The translations under genes were made by a program, and so were the position numbers. From Pelomyxa schiedti (Eukaryota; Protista; Evosea), in contig JAHLWZ010000470.1 of assembly GCA_020536535.1 (NCBI GenBank), positions 62,001-126,000 of the forward strand: DNA of 64,000 nt, in the 5' to 3' direction. This document shows positions 60,901 to 64,000 of this stretch, one piece after another (within the stretch, counting starts at the first letter, position 1; every line of letters begins with the position of its first letter). The notes under the pieces are model-generated. The model worked only from the letters and a program-made list of their open reading frames with translations. It was not told the origin of the DNA and did no database searches.

Positions 60901-61577
60901 GGGTGCCTCAATATCTTCAACTTGTGGTTTCTCGTACTAAGAAGAAGTGAGGGAAGTTGTAGTGTGTGGGAATACAAGTTGTTGTTGTTGTAAGATATAC
61001 GGTCTAGGTGACCAAAAAAAGAAGGTTTGACCTTAAGAATATAAGCAAGGGCCAAAATTATCCTAGCGAGTCGCGGTTTTGCTTCACGCAGTACTGAAAT
61101 ACTCTCCAAAAAGATGTTTTTCCCAAATGCTGCGTTGGCCTTCTGCTCGAAGATAGCATACAAAGTCTTTTCGATCGGCGGCTGTTCCGTGGCCGATGCT
61201 GGATCCGAGTTTTTGGCATCAACAGCGAGCCGTTGCGCCACCGCCAACCATTTTTCTTCGTCCGCTTCCTGTAATACTGTAGTTGCTAGTTCCTCCAACT
61301 TGGAGAACAGCCTGGGGTCGCTTTTAAAAGTAGCTGCAAGGCTACCGTCAAACACATTGTGGGTTCCATTCTTTAGAAATGTGACGGTGGCACTGTTTGC
61401 TTGGAAGAAGTTGCTGTCGGGGTTTTTCCTTGCCTTAGATTTTTTTGGTTTTTTAGTGTTGTGTGGTGACGACGTCGATGTTGATGTAGGTGACGGTGAC
61501 AGTGACAGTGACGCGGTCGCCTCGGGTGAGTCAGGATCGTCTTGTTTTGCGTGTGGTTTGTGACTGAGACGCGACAT
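57961..61577 (-). CDS. Paralog B: putative Crinkler/RHS-like effector (degenerate NTPase + wHTH + PD-(D/E)xK-like nuclease), multi-exon
   Basis: ATG at 61577; 'NLRVVLSG', 'AGVLRVTP...LVTPPSAWA', 'GGVVLERGLF', 'KIDLCF', 'GNVQAS'; basic NLS-like motifs at both ends (KKPKKSKARK; PLKKNR..RKRP). Confidence 0.62.
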
Positions 61578-61742
61578 TGTATTAGAATGTCGCGTTGCAG
61601 TGGGTGTTAGTGGTGAGCACCACTGATTTGTTATTTGGTGTGGGGCTTTTAATTTGTAGCCGAGATTTGGATGTCCCTGTTTAAGTGTTTCTCATAAACT
61701 GACATTTCGGCGTTTAAGGTTTGTTACATAAGTTTCAATGGT

Positions 61743-63598
61743 TTATGATAGGGATTAAACCTGTCAGGGTTTTTCACGGTCAGCATTGGACTCAGCACGG
61801 AGGTCTAACGGTGAAGAGCGTTTCATAATAAATTGAACAAGGAGCATAATACCTCAAATTATTNNNNNNNNNNNNNNNNNNNNNNNNNNNNNNNNNNNNN
61901 NNNNNNNNNNNNNNNNNNNNNNNNNNNNNNNNNNNNNNNNNNNNNNNNNNNNNNNNNNNNNNNTGGAATTTGTGTTGTTGGGAGTGCACCCGGCAAAGTT
62001 ATATTGTTTGGGGAGCACGCTGTAGTGTACGGCTACCACGCCGTGGCTGCTGCCATCGAGTACCATATTCCTTACACTTACTTTGTGTTTGTATGTAGCA
62101 ACGAACTCGGTTTGGTGACCAGCTTTTTTTTCCCTTTTTCTGCAGGTTAAAGGTTGAAACAAAGCTCAAGTTGAGTACTCTCGGGGACGGTAATATGCAT
62201 AGCACAATGGTGTTGAGTGTCAGTGGAGGAGAAGGAAGGAACTTCGACATACATGAATTAGTGCAGAGGTGTCACTCGAGGCTGGAACCAATGGAGGAGT
62301 GGAATGGGATGGCTGTGGGATTTGAGGGTTTGGCCAAATTGGTGTCTACTCTTGTTACGTTTTGTGAGGCGGAGAGAATATGTAAGGCTGAAGCTGTGAT
62401 GATAGCGTATTTTGCATCTCTGTTTGGGACATTGTGAGTGGCACACTTCATCCTCCGAATCTCATCTTTTTTATCAGAGGTAAATCAGCTGAGTTGTCAA
62501 CATTGGCAACTTTGCCTATGGGAGCTGGGTTGGGCTCCAGTGCGGCATTTGCTGTTAGTTTGTCCGCGACATTGCTTCATGCCAGTGGCACACGTGCATG
62601 CGATTTTTCTTGTGCGGAATGCAATGTTGAAACAGGTCAATCACATAACTATCACTTCCCTCTAAAATTCATCAGGAAGTGTATGTGAATGCCAAACAAA
62701 TCTTATAAATAACTGGGCCTATATTTCAGAGCGTGTTCATCATAGTAACCCATCTGGAATTGACAACTTCGTAAGTTCACATGGTAATACCACCAACCTT
62801 TCCTTCATTGTTTGATTTCCTCAAAGGAGGACTGACCTTGTTTTCGCGGGGAGGAGACAAAAAGCAATCCAGGCATAACTTTACCCAATGCCACTCTCCC
62901 TCATATGTATTTTGTAAAGTCTTTTGGTGCAGAAACAGCGAAATTTTAACTCTCGTAGAACCGAGGACATGGGATTGTTCATTATTGACACATGTGTCAC
63001 TCGAAAGACTGGCCAAGTTGTTGACCATGTCGCATGCAGACGGAAAGCACAAACGGAAGTTGTTGATGCGGCCCTGAAAGAAATAGATAGAATCTCCATA
63101 GAGTCCTTTTCTCTTCTCGGTACCGTTGTTACCACCAACTGCTCTAACACTCTACAAGAGAAACGGGATGCATCAACCTTGCTCCCCCTCATCGACAGAA
63201 ATCAGGACCTCCTCGATAGGGTTCTGGATGTAGGCCATGAATCACTCCGCAGAGCCCATCAAATATGTTTATCAGCAGGTTTGCATATGAAACTAACTGG
63301 TGCTGGATGGGGAGGCTGTGCCTATGCTCTCGTTCTTCCAGGTTCTACTCCACATTCTGAAATTACAAACCTCTCAANNNNNNNNNNNNNNNNNNNNNNN
63401 NNNNNNNNNNNNNNNNNNNNNNNNNNNNNNNNNNNNNNNNNNNNNNNNNNNNNNNNNNNNNNNNNNNNNNNNNNNNNTTATGATAGGGATTAAACCTGTC
63501 AGGGTTTTTCACGGTCAGCATTGGACTCAGCACGGAGGTCTAACGGTGAAGAGCGTTTCATAATAAATTGAACAAGGAGCATAATACCTCAAATTATT
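61743..63598. repeat. 121-nt exact direct repeat at gap edges (61743-61863 = 63478-63598)
   Basis: Direct comparison of the sequence; gaps at 61864-61963 and 63378-63477. Confidence 0.95.
61964..63377 (+). CDS. MVK: Mevalonate kinase (GHMP family), partial between assembly gaps
   Basis: 'SAPGKVILFGEHAVVYG', 'LPMGAGLGSSAA', 'ERVHHSNPSGIDNFVS', 'KLTGAGWGGCA'. Confidence 0.93.
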
Positions 63599-63921
63599 AG
63601 AGCTCTGTCGGAACTGTCCATTAAGATGTCCCCCACTTTATAACTACGGACTCGATGAGAACAAGTTCCTGTGGCTTACCAACCTGCATGCCGATTAACC
63701 AAGTTCCTCAACGGACTGACAGTAAAAGGGGTAAAACCAAGAGACTTCCTGCCACAGTTGTAAATAAACCGCGTACTCAAAAAGTGGCAAAACGTACAGC
63801 AATTGAAGTAGTCTCGGTCATACAAGTACACAAGCACCTGTGCTTGTTCTTTGGTTTTTCTTTTCGTAGAAACCCTTCTCCAGTCTGTTTTATTACTCTC
63901 AAGACGAAAAGTTGAAAGGCT

Positions 63922-64000
63922 ATGACCAGTGGTGGTTGCATACTTCCAGTAGGAGGCACAGGTGGAATTTGTGTTGTTGGGAGTGCACCCGGCAAAGTTA
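63922..64000 (+). CDS. MVK: 5' start of mevalonate kinase (runs off window; overlaps the sequence at 61964)
   Basis: ATG 63922: MTSGGCILPVGGTGGICVVGSAPGKV; 63963-64000 is identical to 61964-62001. Confidence 0.85.
   Translation, partial: MTSGGCILPVGGTGGICVVGSAPGKV

Noticed and set aside
53200-61577. Inverted paralogs as terminal inverted repeats of a transposon, Polinton or endogenous virus
   Set aside because: Similarity is at protein level with diverged DNA; no transposase, integrase, polymerase or capsid motifs, and no TIR or TSD seen.
61743-64000. Apparent tandem duplication of mevalonate kinase and its upstream region
   Set aside because: The repeats are exact, abut 100-N gaps, and the 121-nt length equals that of the other gap-flanking repeat, which is typical of k-mer overlap in scaffolding or a haplotype bubble. 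Long reads would be needed to claim two copies.
1-64000. Prokaryotic operon, CRISPR array, rRNA or tRNA genes; contamination as the source of bacterial-like enzymes
   Set aside because: No repeat-spacer array or RNA gene signature recognised; the bacterial-like genes contain spliceosomal introns and sit among eukaryotic genes such as Nuf2 and Rab.
1-64000. Alternative genetic code or frameshifting to explain fragmented ORFs
   Set aside because: Where checked (Rab, actinoporin, Kir, EH protein), canonical short GT-AG introns restore the frame under the standard code.

Overview
Gene-dense eukaryotic DNA with many short (about 40-130 nt) GT-AG spliceosomal introns, about 42-45% GC, and GC-rich intron-free patches at the 5' ends of many genes. 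Gene style and one lineage-type family (45462-46754) suggest an anaerobic amoebozoan such as Pelomyxa; this is an inference, not a database match. About 25 genes are supportable. From 1 to 39 kb: tandem-BRCT protein, PRP4-like kinase, type II thioesterase, MFSD1, Rab1-like GTPase, a giant TM-PAS-adenylate cyclase, Kir channel, glycerol dehydrogenase, M28 and M20D hydrolases, Nuf2 and an EH-domain protein. From 39 to 64 kb: ankyrin-SAM protein, tandem-MLLE protein, a 175-aa actinoporin-like pore-former, a Stealth phosphotransferase, a kinase-helical repeat-pseudokinase, an R-S-E type ADP-ribosyltransferase, two diverged convergent paralogs resembling Crinkler/RHS NTPase-restriction-endonuclease effectors, and mevalonate kinase. 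The most interesting items are the ART plus effector-pair locus (52.3-61.6 kb) and the actinoporin. Duplications flanking the three 100-N gaps are best explained as assembly artefacts. Boundaries of spliced genes were read by eye and are approximate.
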